Assembly (NCBI GenBank): GCA_964016885.1
Contig: OZ024747.1
Location: forward strand, 60,698,001 to 60,762,000
Reading direction: 5' to 3'
Source of the DNA: Eledone cirrhosa
Lineage: Eukaryota
DNA: 64,000 nt
Below are positions 1 through 13,089 of the stretch, in pieces. Position numbers and translations under genes: made by a program. Below the pieces are notes generated by a model. The model was not told where the DNA came from. It was given only the letters and a program-made list of their open reading frames with translations, and searched no databases. The number at the start of each line of letters is the position of its first letter. Within the stretch, counting starts at the first letter, position 1.

Positions 1-27
1 GGGTTGGGGGCGGTGGGGGGCGGGGGG

Positions 28-98
<71 letters not shown>

Positions 99-989
99 TA
101 GCAAAGTGAGGTCACACATGAGGTCTATATTGAATATACACAGGATCAAGAAAATAAAATACCAGTAATACACTGGGGTCAATTTAATTGACTTTCCCCT
201 CCCCTTCAAATTGCTGCCCTTATGCCAAAATGTAGAAACAATTATTATGGGGTCGATAAAATAAAGAACCAGTCATGCATTGGGGTCGATTTAATCGACT
301 TTCCTCTACCCCAAAATTGCTGGCCTTGTGCCTATATAAGAAATCATTATTATTTATAATTATTATTATCTTTTATTTTACGTGTTTCCCTTATGCTTGC
401 CCTCATTTTTGTTATTTTTTTATATCCATATTCAGTTGACCTTTGTTGTTCTTTTTTTTTCTATGACATTTTCTGAAAAATTCTATTTTTTTCTGCTGAA
501 CTTAATCTAATCTGAAATCAATTTAGTTTGTCGATTTAAATGTATTTCAAATTTTTATTATTGTTTATTTGTGTTTGTCTTTTTTTCTTACTTTTTTTAT
601 TTTACAGATTTCATTTTAATTTCCGTTTCTAAATCTATATACCAATTCTTTCTGCTGAACTTGCAACACATTCTCCACTTGCTTCCTTTTCTTGTGTTTT
701 TGTTTTAGAGAGTGAGGTGGGTGATAGCTGTTTCTTCTATAGAGCAATATTTTCTATATGTCTATAACACACACACACATATACATATATATATATAAAC
801 ACACATATAAATATATATATAAACATATATATATATATATATATAACTTATATATCCAAACCATGCCAGTATGGAAAGCAGAAATAAAATGATGGTGATG
901 TTATAAACTGTGTGGAAGGACAAGGTAGATTTTAGCCAGAAGGTCAGTGTTTCTTCTACGAAATAATATAACTGTATGTATGTATCCTC

Positions 990-1660
990 ATCATCATTAT
1001 TACTGTTTTACATCCATTTTTCCATGCTCGCATGGGTTAAATGAATTTTTCTTTTGTGGGCTATGCTAGGTCAGGGACCATGTCTTGCTCATACAGAACT
1101 GATTTTGGTTTTGTTTCTACAGCTGGATGCCCTTCCTAATGTCAACCTCATTTACAGTGAGTACTGGGTGCTTCTTGTCATGACACCTATACAACAACTT
1201 TACAGTGAGTACTGGGTACTTTTCGTCATGACACCTATATGTCCACTTTACAGTGTGGACGAGGTACTTTTTGTTGTGATGCCTACACAACAACTTTAAA
1301 GTGTGGACTAGGTAATTTTTGTTGTGACACCTACATGACCACTTTACAGTGTGGGCTGGATACATTTTATTGTGACACCTACATAACCACTTTACAGTGT
1401 GGACTGGATTCATTTTATTGTGACACCTAAATGACCACTTTACAGTGTGGACTAGGTACTTTTTGTTGTGACGCCTGCATGACCACTTTACAGTGTGGAC
1501 TAGGTACTTTTTGTTGTGACGCCTACATGACCACTTTACAGTGTGGACTAGGTACTTTTTGTTGTGACGCCTACATGACCACTTTAAAGTGTGGACTAGG
1601 TACTTTGTGTTGTGACACCTACATGACCACTTTACAGTGTGGACTGGGTGCTTTCTGTTT
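990..1660 (-). mobile_element. SINE-like family B copy (RTE-type (GAT)n tail) with about 10 copies of an internal 48-bp unit
   Basis: Shares TTTCTACAGCTGGATGCCCTTCCTAA and a (CAT)n-preceded tail with copies at 14250, 29225, 60570 and 62740. The unit ttacagtgtggactaggtactttttgttgtgacgcctacatgaccact recurs every 48 bp from 1152 to about 1655. Confidence 0.75.
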
Positions 1661-2119
1661 GTATATATATATATATATATATACACTAGAACAAGGTAGA
1701 TTTTACGTCAGAATGGACGGGGTTCTGCTGTAGTTCAATATTTTGTATATGGTTATAGTTTATATTTACCATATATCCTCATGTGTACACCTTTGTCCAC
1801 AGGAACACATGCAACTTATCTACTCCACCTACAAAATTTCAATTCAAAATTCATCATACATTGTATGTGTATGTAAAATGGAGGTGGGACATACGTACTG
1901 CACTTGCAAAACATCAAATGAAAATATATGGTATATTCTATGTTTCACATTTGAAAAGAGTATAATAGCCCTGAAATATCAAGGTGAAATATACTGGGTA
2001 AACATTACTTTGTTTTGTTTTATTTGTCATCCTTTGCCTTTTATATATTTTATTGCATTGTACCGGCTTTTTTTACAATCATTTATTACATATTTCACAA
2101 TGCTTCTTATTATTTTATA

Positions 2120-2301
2120 TACCTATATATATATATATGCATGTATGTATATAGTAGTATATATATATGTATGTATGTATAGAGTAGTATATATATATAT
2201 ATATGTATGTATGTATATAGTAGTATATATGTATGTATGTATGTATATAGTAGTATATATATATATATATGTATATATATATGTATGTATGTATATAGTA
2301 G

Positions 2302-2335
<34 letters not shown>

Positions 2336-2965
2336 GTAGTATATATATATACGTATGTATATCGTAGTGTATATATATATATATATGTATATGTATGTAT
2401 ATAGTAGTGTATATATATATATATGTATGTATATAATAATATAGTAATATATATTTATATGTATATATATATGTATGTATGTATATAGTAGTATATATAT
2501 ATGTATGTATGTATATAGTAGTATAAATATATATATATGTATATATATATGTATGTATGTATATAGTAGTATATATATATGTATGTATGTATATAGTAGT
2601 ATATATATATATATGTATATATATAGTAGTATATATACGTATGTATATCGTAGTGTATATATATATATGTATATGTATGTATATCGTAGTGTATATATAT
2701 ATATATGTATATGTATGTATATCGTAGTGTATATATATATATATGTATATGTATGTATATAGTAGTGTATATATATATATGTATGTATATAGTAATATAG
2801 TAATATATATTTATATGTATATATATATGTATGTATGTATATAGTAGTATATATGTATATATATGTGTGTGTGTGTGTGAATATATATTCATATACATGT
2901 GCATATATATATTCGTGTCTATATATATATATATATATATACACATATATATATATGTGTATGTA
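2120..2965. repeat. Compound (TA)n/(GTAT)n/(TAG) low-complexity tract
   Basis: Directly visible simple-repeat composition. Confidence 0.9.
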
Positions 2966-3894
2966 TAATAAGTATTGATACATGTGTGCATGTAAACAAA
3001 AAAAAACCCTCCAGGGACAACAAGCTGAAGGCAATATGTTCAATACATGGTTGAATAATTTTTAATTAATCTTGAAGTTTGAATTTCATTTTATTTCCTA
3101 CTTTTCTCCACCTCTCTCTGTCACTCTCTCTCTCTCTCACTCTCTCTCTCACTCTCACTCTCTCTCTCACTCTCACTCTCACTCTCTCTCACTCTCTCTC
3201 TCACTCTCTCCTGACTGAAACATCACCCTAGACCTTAACACACTTCCCTATGTCATTTCAAAACCTTCATTACTAAAAACATGACCTTTGCGTTCTGGGT
3301 CAAATAATATTCCAGTCATGAAGAATTGCTTATATTTTAACCCTTTCCTGACTGGATTTCTAATTAAATGCATTGTATTTTAAGTACTTAATCCTTTTTA
3401 TACTAAACTGCCTGAATCTGCCCCCTTTTTTACATTGCAAATCTGGCTATTTTAAATTGTATATATTTATCTAAAAACCTTTCATGTAAGAGTCTTTAAG
3501 TTTTATTGTCCAGTTATATAAATAACATTACAAATTCTTAAATTATTAAAAAAAATTGTTTGCAAATCATAAGTAGTGTCTTTCATTATTGTTATGGTAA
3601 TGAAACGGTCAATGGTGAATTTTGAGGGATTTGAGAGGTTCCTATGTAAAATTATATTAGAAATATTGTTTCTTGTTTGTTGCCCTTAATCAATATTGTG
3701 TATCTCTCTCCTATTATTTTCTATGTACTGGGATAATTGCTGGCCTTGTGCCAAATGTAGAAACAAATATTTTCTATTGTTTCTCTGTGTCTCCACTAGA
3801 ACAAAGAATTGCGATGGCCATCTATAACACAGAGGGTAATGAGGCTGTTTTCTTCCAAATGAATCAAATATTTTATTATTTTATGTAAAAGTGT

Positions 3895-4120
3895 GATGGA
3901 TTGGCAGTATCAGTAGAGGGTCGGATGCCATGCTTTGCAGCATAGAGTTATTGCCCTTTATGATCTGAGTTCAAATCCCGCCGAGGTTAACTTTGCCTTT
4001 CATCCTTACGGGGTCGATAAAATAAAGTACCAGTAATGCACTGGGATCGATTTAATCGACTTTCCCCTCCCCCCAAAAAAATTGCTGGCCTTGTGCCTAT
4101 ATAAGAAACCATTATTATTT
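3895..4120 (+). mobile_element. tRNA-derived SINE, family A
   Basis: A-box-like TGGCAGTATC.GTAG, B-box GAGTTCAAATCCC, core GCCTTTCATCCTTACGGGGTCGATAAAATAAAGTACCAG and an (ATT)n tail. About 20 full or partial copies occur in the window. Confidence 0.85.
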
Positions 4121-4404
4121 GATATAATGCTCACATATCATCATCATCATTTCATTTTACGTTCGCTTTTCCCTGCTTGCAAGATGTATTTATGTATCTG
4201 CTATGTCAGAGCGAAAAATGAAATTCTAATTTTGTTTATATATAATAAGTATGGTCAAGGTGTCAAATTTTCATTAAGTTTATTCAGGTGTGATACGTGT
4301 TTCATGATTGATAAGCTCAAGGTTCAATCTCTCTAGATTGGGCCCTTTTGTTAGTTTAATGACGGAATATATACATTATTGATCAGATAATAGGATATAT
4401 ATTA

Positions 4405-4592
4405 ATTGTTTCTACTTTTGGCACAAGGCCAGCAATTACCCAGTGCATTACTGGTACTTTATTTTATCGACCCCGTAAGGATGAAAGGCAAAGTCAACCT
4501 CGGCGGGATTTGAACTCAGATTGTAAAGGGACGTAACTATGCTGGAAAGCATGGCGTCCGACCCTCTACCGATACTGCCAATCCACCGCCCT
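4405..4592 (-). mobile_element. tRNA-derived SINE family A with TSD
   Basis: Full-length copy flanked by the direct repeat TAATAGGATATATATTAAT on both sides. Confidence 0.9.
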
Positions 4593-5014
4593 AATAGGAT
4601 ATATATTAATGATGGTTCATACTATATATACATCTTTTATTGTTTTACTAGTTTCAGTCATTACACTACAGCCAATTGTACTAACCCCCAGCCTCCAGTA
4701 GTTAGTTTCTTTTAAGTCTGGTATTTTTTATTGATGTTTATTTTTTTGAATTGCTAAGTTACAAGACATAAATATAAATGAAGACAATATAGAGCTTCAG
4801 AGGACATTTGTCTGGCTGAGCATATGACAACCTCCTGAGGGCTGGTGTCATGATAAAGTGCACACAGTGCAACCTGTAAATTGTTAGTGTCGGTGCAATG
4901 ATAAAATGGATCCAGTACACTGTAAAGTGGTAATGGTGAGGTCACACAAAACACAGCCAGAACATTCTGTAAGCTGTGGCATTAGGCTTCAATTAATAAC
5001 TTACTAATCTACCA

Positions 5015-5648
5015 GTGGAGACTTCTGGTGTCCTTGGCCCTAGGACCACCTCCCTACTCACCCCCATCGGCACGGAGTTGGCAACCTCTGGTGTCCTTGG
5101 CTCTAGGCTCACCTCCCTACTCACCCCCATCGGCACAGAGTTGGCAACCTCTGGTGTCCTTGGCCCTAGGACCACCTCCCTACTCACCCCCATCGGCACG
5201 GAGTTGGCAACCTCTGGTGTCCTTGGCTCTAGGCTCACCTCCCTACTCACCCCCATCGGCACAGAGTTGGCAACCTCTGGTGTCCTTGGCCCTAGGACCA
5301 CCTCCCTACTCACCCCCATCGGCACGGAGTTGGCAACCTCTGGTGTCCTTGGCCCTAGGAGCACCTCCCTACACACCCCCATCGACATGGAGTTGGAGAC
5401 CTCTGGTGTCCTTGGCCTTAGGACCACCTCCCTACTCACCCCCATCGACATGGAGTTGGAGACCTCTGGTGTCCTTGGCCCTAGGACCACCTCCCTACTC
5501 ACCCCCATCGGCATGGAGTTGGAGACCTCTGGTGTACTTGGCCCTAGGAGCACCTCCCTACTCACCCCCATCGGCATGGAGTTGGAGACCTCTGGTGTAC
5601 TTGGCCCTAGGAGCACCTCCCTACTCACCCCCATCGGCATGGAGTTGG
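5015..5648 (+). repeat. 63-bp minisatellite (about 10 units) derived from the CRE-clade RLE coding sequence
   Basis: The unit translates as (V/L)ETSGVLGPRTTSLLTPIGTELAT, matching the minus-strand coding segments at about 33800-33860 and 61040-61150. Confidence 0.85.
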
Positions 5649-6178
5649 ATATATATATATATATATATACACACATACACACACATATGCGTGTTTGTGT
5701 GTGTTTTCATATAATTTAGTGTTTGAGGAATTTTATGCAACACATTATGGAATATTATAATTTATCAATTCTATATAAAAAATATATACCACCAGACAAT
5801 AAGCAGCTGTAATTATATTGGCGAAATCTTATTAGAAATATATTTTGCGCAAGTGGTTGTCATCATAAGCATAGTACGCCATAGTACTCATATATAAGAT
5901 GAAATGTTTGATAAGTTAAACCGCTTATATATTTATAATATTTTGGCTTCTGTCTTTGACCTGCTTATAAGTCACATGTAACTATTCATAAACAGACTCT
6001 TTCCGCCATGTTTAACCCATTCATTAACATGTTTCTATGAAAAAGAATTTCTATCATTTTTAAACAATTTTGAAAATAATATATAATTAAGAGGAGTAGT
6101 TTTAATATAAATAAATTTCTCATTATTAAGCTGTGTAGGTAAACTAACATTGTAGGATTTTAATTATAATGCAACTTT

Positions 6179-6264
6179 TTTGAAGACTAAAATCCAAAGA
6201 GGGCTTGATAAGGATAAATATATATCAAATATATAAGAGCCGTAGAGCATATATATACATGTGT

Positions 6265-6295
<31 letters not shown>

Positions 6296-6303
6296 ATATA
6301 TAT

Positions 6304-6334
<31 letters not shown>

Positions 6335-6425
6335 CATACATGTATATATATATATGCTCTACGGCTCTTATATATCTGATATATATTTATCCTTATCGAG
6401 CCCTCTTTGGATTTTAGTCTTCAAA
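6179..6425. repeat. Inverted repeat with arms of about 78 bp around a (TA)n/(TG) spacer
   Basis: tttgaagactaaaatccaaagagggc...gccgtagagcatat reappears as its reverse complement at about 6348-6425, with few mismatches. Confidence 0.85.
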
Positions 6426-6462
6426 TTTATTATTATTACTATATATATACATATATATATAC

Positions 6463-6513
<51 letters not shown>

Positions 6514-6696
6514 ATGTATGTATATGTATGAAAAGAGTTAATGGAAAACAGCAAAGCCAACAATACAATTCATTGGAGATATATATTAGTTTAATGCTTG
6601 AAATGGTAGGAAAAGAACTTTAATGTTTTGGACGCTAGTCCTTCATCAAAAGATGGCATGAGAAATATAAAATGATATAGAAAGACAGAGGAGTGT

Positions 6697-6896
6697 NNNN
6701 NNNNNNNNNNNNNNNNNNNNNNNNNNNNNNNNNNNNNNNNNNNNNNNNNNNNNNNNNNNNNNNNNNNNNNNNNNNNNNNNNNNNNNNNNNNNNNNNNNNN
6801 NNNNNNNNNNNNNNNNNNNNNNNNNNNNNNNNNNNNNNNNNNNNNNNNNNNNNNNNNNNNNNNNNNNNNNNNNNNNNNNNNNNNNNNNNNNNNNNN
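6697..6896. other. Assembly gap (200 N)
   Basis: Run of n. Confidence 1.
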
Positions 6897-8034
6897 ACAC
6901 ACATATACATAGACAAATGCATGCATCTATCTATATATATATGTATACATATATATACAAATATACATACATGTTTACATACACACACCCATAAAATATG
7001 CACAAATGTACATATATACAAACGCACACACACATACATAGATAAATGCATGCATCTGTCCACATGTATATATATACACATACACAAATATACATACATA
7101 TACATACAAATATGTATATATACACACGTTTACACACACACATTTACACACAAATATGCATATATACACACGTTCACACGCACACACTTACACACACACA
7201 TTTACACACAAATATGCATATATACACACATGCACACACACACACGTAAACAAATGCATGCATCTATTCATATCTATATACACACACATATATTCACACA
7301 TATATACGCGTACATACAGACTTATATACACACACTTCAATATATATACACATTCATATTGATATTTCTTTAATATATATTGCTTATGCTTGCCTGTATA
7401 TTTATATAGACTTAAATTTCTATACATACATGTATATATACATGTATATATACATGTATATATACATATTTTTTGAATTTTTCTATACATGAGTGCATAT
7501 GAAATATGTGAGTGTGGTGTGGGTATTTGGTGTATATATATAGAAAGAGAGGTACACATGTATAGCTGTGTTTCCTGTGAATGTATATAATCACCAGTGT
7601 GTATATACAGAGGTACACATGTATAGCTGTGTTCCCTGTAAGTGTGTATAAACACAAGTGTGTATATATAGAAGTACACATATATAGCTATGTTCCCTGT
7701 GAATGTATATAATCACCAGTGTGTATATATAAAGGCACACATGTGTAGCTATGTTCCCTGTGAGTGTGTATATACACCAAGACCAGTGTGTATATATTTC
7801 AATATTATATATATTTCTATTGCCACTATTTGGTGTGTGTATATATAAAGGCACACATATATAATTATGTTCCCAGTGTGTATATATTTCAATATTATAT
7901 ATATTTCTATAGCCACTAATCAGTTTTTACAATCTATATTCTGAGAAATATTTCCAATATAAGATATAATGAATTTATATTCAATGAAGCAATTTATTCC
8001 TGCTCGCCCCCTCCTCTCTCTCCTCTCTCTCTCT

Positions 8035-8105
<71 letters not shown>

Positions 8106-8347
8106 TATATAGAGTAGTATGAATAAATATAAAGGCCAAAATCCAGAGAGGACTCAATAAAAATTATATATATATATATATATATACAGACAGAGAGAGA
8201 GAGAGAGAGAGAGATAACTGTATGGCAAATATTTATTACTTTACAGATTAAAACTTTAAGCAAACAGTTTCTGCTTTCACCTTCGAATAGGATCTTCTGA
8301 AAGTACGACATAAACATACAGAAAATACAGGCAGACACACACTCACT

Positions 8348-8397
<50 letters not shown>

Positions 8398-8512
8398 GAT
8401 AAATATATATATGGGGAGGGTCATATTGTTGTAATAATATTGCCAGAATTAATAACAGAACACACTCACTGTTTGGTTGGTTTTCGCTTCTGTATCTTTT
8501 ATATCAGTTAAT

Positions 8513-8551
<39 letters not shown>

Positions 8552-8684
8552 TTACTGTATGTTTGTGTCCTATAACTCAGTGGTTTGACAAATAAAGATT
8601 GAAAAATTTAGTACCAGATTAGAAATATTACGTATTGTGATTCAAAAATATTGTAATTGAATTAATTCAGACTATTATATATCA

Positions 8685-9095
8685 TCATCATCATCATCAT
8701 TTTACGTCTGCTTTTCCCTGTTTGCAAGGGTGGGACGGGTCTTATTCAGCACAACATCTCTCCACTTGTCACGCTCCTTCGTCATCTCCACCATGAGCTT
8801 CAGCGATCTGAGGTCTGTTCTCACCACCTCCACCCATGTTTTTCGTGGTCTTCCTTCAACTGGCATTTCCTGGCACTTCTTCACCCATCGGTCATCCTCC
8901 ATGTGCATCACATGTCCATACCACCTCGGCCTCCTCTCCCGCACACTATATTCTATCCCTCTCAGAGACAGTTTCTCTCTCAACACATCCATGCAGTTGC
9001 TGCCCATGTCTCACTACCATGCAGCATTGCGCTCCTCACACAGGCATCATATAACCGGTCTTTCATACGCAGGGAGAAACCCTTCTTCATCAGCA
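8685..9095 (-). mobile_element. RTE-clade LINE 3' fragment (family A, (GAT)n tail)
   Basis: Minus [30 protein letters not shown], a typical RTE C-terminus. Homologous to 20824-21243 and 57758-58040. Confidence 0.8.
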
Positions 9096-10429
9096 GATAC
9101 ATATATATATATATATTTACACACACATATATTATTGAGTGATTTTTTTTTATTTATTACTCCATGGATACTGCATTGTCTGCTACTCCTACTGTAGAAA
9201 CTGAGGGGTTGGTAGTATTATGATGATGATGATGATGTCCACAATGTTGATGGTGATGATGATGATGACTTCACCAAAAAAGGCTTTATTGGCACATCTA
9301 ACAATATTGCATTTATAACATTATCAAATATTTGTGGATTATTAGTTTAACATATAAGATGTGGCATTTCTAAGTTCTGTTGTTGTTGTTGCTGCTGTTG
9401 TTGTTTTATCTTCACAGAATGTGAGTGTATGAGCGCGCGCGCGTGTGTGTGTATATAAGTGTGTGTGTGTGTGTGTAGCCTAACTGTCAACAAGAAAAAA
9501 AAGTGCTCTATATTCTAAAGCAGAGCTAATATTTATAATTCAAACAGATGGTATTTCATCATTAGCTACCAATGGTTTCATGATCTAAGGAAGCTCACAA
9601 AAATGCAACTGATAATAAGTGGTCACCTCCTCAGACAAACCTATTAGGAGATGTATGAATTATCAATATATGTGTGTGCATGTGTTGTGGTTAAGTTACT
9701 TAATCTAAAGCAATTTTAATATTCCAACTGAGAGAAAACATTTACAATGAACAGTTTACCCATGATTCTCTTGGAATTCAATGGGTGATTTGTGGGGTTT
9801 TTACCATCACTAAAGGTGAATTTGACCTTTTCTGATGAAGTCTGGCAGGAATTCATAGACAATAATTGGTTTGGTTTAACAGTGTGTCCACCACACATAC
9901 ATACACACACACATACACACACACATACATGCACACACTTACACACACACACACATACACACACATACATGCACACACTTACACACACACATACACTCAC
10001 AAATTCACACAGACACGCACACACACTCACAAATTCTCACACACACACATACACTCACACACACACACTCACAAATTCACACACTTCAAGCAAAATCTCA
10101 CAATAACATAGACAGATATTATTTTTGATTAATTTAATCTCATAGAACCCACCATGAATATTATTGCTTTAGTGTTAGTATCACTAACCCATGCTAGCGT
10201 GGAAAATGGACGTTAAACGAAGATGATGATGATGATGATCACTCTGATTATTATCATCACTAATGTCATACTTCTTATCTATATTTTCACTCAGCTTCTA
10301 CTGGTGTACATGCCTACCTGAACAAACAAAGGTGGAGAGCTCTCAGTCTGTGATAAGAATATAGGAATTTATTAAATTGCTCCAGTATACTCAGCTAAAA
10401 ATGAGTACCAGCAATAGCTGAGGCTTAAA

Positions 10430-10639
10430 CCCTTTAATGTTCAAACCGGCCAGAATTCTCTACCTCTCTCTGTTGAAACTGGCTGTAACTGGTCGCTCAA
10501 ACTGATGTTAAGGTATTGTTCTCAAAATAAATACTTTCAAAATCTCATAGATTCGATATTATGTGTCATAATTATGTGAGATAAAGCCTTTACCATGAAA
10601 ATACAATAGTATATATAGAGTAATGTGAATGTTAAAGGG
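10430..10639 (+). mobile_element. TTAA/piggyBac-type MITE
   Basis: CCCTTTA...TAAAGGG termini with TTAA at the right end. The body is homologous to 56340-56558. Confidence 0.7.
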
Positions 10640-10969
10640 TTAAACCTGCGATAGACTGGCATCCTGTCCAGGGGGCAGTCTTGTACTCTATCGCTTCATG
10701 CCACAAAGCCATGATAAGCACTGGCCTAACAAGCCTTCTAGTTTAAGATAGACTTTAGACTACAAACATTGTGTAATTGATACAGGTGTTTCACTGCATA
10801 CAGATTGGACTTCCATTACAAAAGCTCACAGTATATAGGCCTTCGGCTGGGTCACCGTATTTGAAAAACAGAGTCTTCACCTGGAAGAATGAGTAGAAGA
10901 GATGGTAAAATGATCAAAGGCTAATGAAAGAGTGATTCCTAAGATTGTGGGTCATTTTATCATTAAAAT

Positions 10970-11230
10970 GGTCGTGGAGGTGTCACAACAAAAGGCGCCC
11001 AACCCACACTGTAAAGTGGTCATGTAGGTGCCATGACAAAAAGCACCCAGCGCACACTGCAAATGTGGTTGGCATTAGGAAGGGCATCAAGCTGTAGAAA
11101 CCAATCCAAAAGCAGTTCTGTATGAGCAAGGCATGGTCACCTGACCTGGCATTTCTTACATTAGGACAACTCGTCTAACCCTTACTAGCATGGAAAAAAA
11201 TGGATGTTCAACAGTGATGATGATGATGCT
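10970..11230 (+). mobile_element. SINE-like family B copy
   Basis: Contains TTAGGAAGGGCATC.AGCTGTAGAAA, the 48-bp units and a (GAT)n tail. Confidence 0.75.
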
Positions 11231-11916
11231 ATTTAGATATATACACAAGACAGTGTCTTCATTATTGTCTATCGTCCACTTTACCAGCTAGCAAGTACTG
11301 GATGAGTCGTCAGCAGACCTGGCTAGTATTCAGTGCATGCTGTAAAGAGGTTGGTGTTAGGAAGGGTGTCCAGCCAAAAAAAAAACCATGCCAAAAATGG
11401 AATGCATGACCAAGAAGTGGTTAACTAACCTATCTAGCCTCATAATATGACAGCCTGTCTAAGGCTTGTGAGCATGGAAAATATATGTTAAAGGGTGATG
11501 ATAATAATGGAACACACTTATATATATTGTTAGACAACCAATGAACGTCGACCAGAAAGGAAGATGTGTGTTATATACGATATGCACACATGCAAGCACA
11601 CACACATGCAGACATACACACACACACACACACATGCAGGCGCCCCACACACACTCAGACTGCCCCCTCCCTCCTCACACACACATATATACACACATGC
11701 ATACATACACAGATATATTATTAGATCACCAATAAACATCAACTGGAACTGAGACAATATTTACATGACATGCACACACACATATTTATACAGTCACACA
11801 CAAACAACCACTACAGATATTACTCCGCCCTTGAAAAGACTTGCTGAACACACAAACCCAAACTGCTTGGCGCCACAGTTGGGATTTTACATATATCTAT
11901 CTATATAGATATATAT

Positions 11917-12280
11917 GTAGGAGGTGAGTTTTATTGTAGTACAATAAAGCAATGCAGATATCGGATAAGAAGCACTCTACAGTTTGTAGGACTGGAGTAT
12001 ACATAATATAAGATCAAAAGATGGTTAAAGGAGTTCCATGTATTTTATTATGCGCATTTCAAAAACAAATATCATCATGCAATAATATTTGTGATTTAAT
12101 AATATATGTTGATTTAAAACTGCACTATCCACAAGTGTTTTTTAACCTTCATATCATGTCTTCCTGTTTTATCTGATGAAAACACAAATATTATTACATG
12201 ATGATATTTGTTTTTGAAATGCGCATAATAAAATACATGGAACTCTTTTAACCATCTTTTGTTCTTATATATTATATATA
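11917..12280. mobile_element. Penelope-like (PLE-type) foldback fragment in (TA)n, family 1
   Basis: 12005-12095 is inverted relative to 12183-12275. It is flanked by TA runs, contains a hammerhead motif and is homologous to 12856-13284 and 22830-22955. Confidence 0.65.
12167..12233 (+). ncRNA. Type I hammerhead ribozyme motif
   Basis: TTTTAT-CTGATGA-[stem II of about 15 bp]-GAAA-TGCGCA-TA-ATAAAA. Stem I is TTTTAT/ATAAAA and stem III is palindromic (ATGCGCAT). Predicted cut after A12227. Confidence 0.75.
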
Positions 12281-12327
12281 TATATATGTATGTATGTATA
12301 TATAGATATACACTTTATACTAACATT

Positions 12328-12732
12328 GGTGGATTGGCAGTATCGGTAGATGGTTGGACGCCATGCTTTGTCGCATAGAGTTACGGCCCTTTATGATCTG
12401 AGTTCAAATCCTGCCAAGGTTAACGTTACCTTTCATCCTTACGGGGGTCGATAAAATAAAGTACCAGTCACGCACTGGGGTCGATTTCATCGACTTTTCC
12501 CTCCCCCCAGAATTGCTGGCCTTGTGCCTACATAAGAAACCATTATATACATTGGCAGTAGCGATAGAGAGTCGGACACCATGCTTTGAAACATAGAGTT
12601 ACGTCCCTTTTTGATCTGAGTTCAAATCCCGCTGAGGTTATCTTTGCCTTTCATCCTTACGGGGTCGATAAAATAAAGTACCAGTAATGCACTGGGTAAT
12701 TGCTGGCCTTGTGCCAAAAAGTAGAAACAATT
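12328..12732 (+). mobile_element. Two tandem tRNA-derived SINE family A copies
   Basis: Two consecutive A-box/B-box/core units starting at about 12328 and 12552. Confidence 0.85.
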
Positions 12733-12894
12733 ATACACATACATTAAGGTTTTCCTCCTATATTAAGCATGGAACTAATATATATCTTCATTGTAAACAT
12801 CTGTTGTGTTGTTTCCATATGATTTTCACACATACTCTGTATATATATATATATAATATATAAGAACAAAAGATGGTTAAAAGAGTTCCATGTA

Positions 12895-12961
12895 TTTTAT
12901 TATGTGCATTTCAAAAACAAATATCATCATGCAATAATATTTGTGTTTTCATCAGATAAAA
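12895..12961 (-). ncRNA. Type I hammerhead ribozyme motif (minus-strand copy)
   Basis: Reverse complement reads TTTTAT-CTGATGA-stem II-GAAA-TGCACA-TA-ATAAAA. Confidence 0.65.
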
Positions 12962-13089
12962 CAGGAAGACATGATATGAAGGTTAAAAAACACTTGTGGA
13001 TAGTGCAGTTTTAAATCAACATATTGATATGTTGATTTAAAACTGCACTATCCACAAGTGTTTTTTAGCCTTCATATCATGTCTTCCTG

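Noticed and set aside
560-720. Polypyrimidine tract plus ACAG splice acceptor at 607 with a possible GT donor near 711-721
   Set aside because: No coding signal or partner exons, and such motifs are common in T-rich DNA.
1117-1733. Cys/His-rich 16-aa repeat ORFs resembling zinc fingers or keratin-associated proteins
   Set aside because: They are the 48-bp internal unit of a dispersed SINE-like element.
1743-3043. Long Y/I/H/T-rich ORFs (also 22.6-23.4, 29.5, 46-47 and 59-60 kb)
   Set aside because: Translations of (TA)n/(CA)n/(TG)n microsatellites with no domain signal.
9828-9865. CTGATGA motif
   Set aside because: No properly placed GAAA or cleavage triplet.
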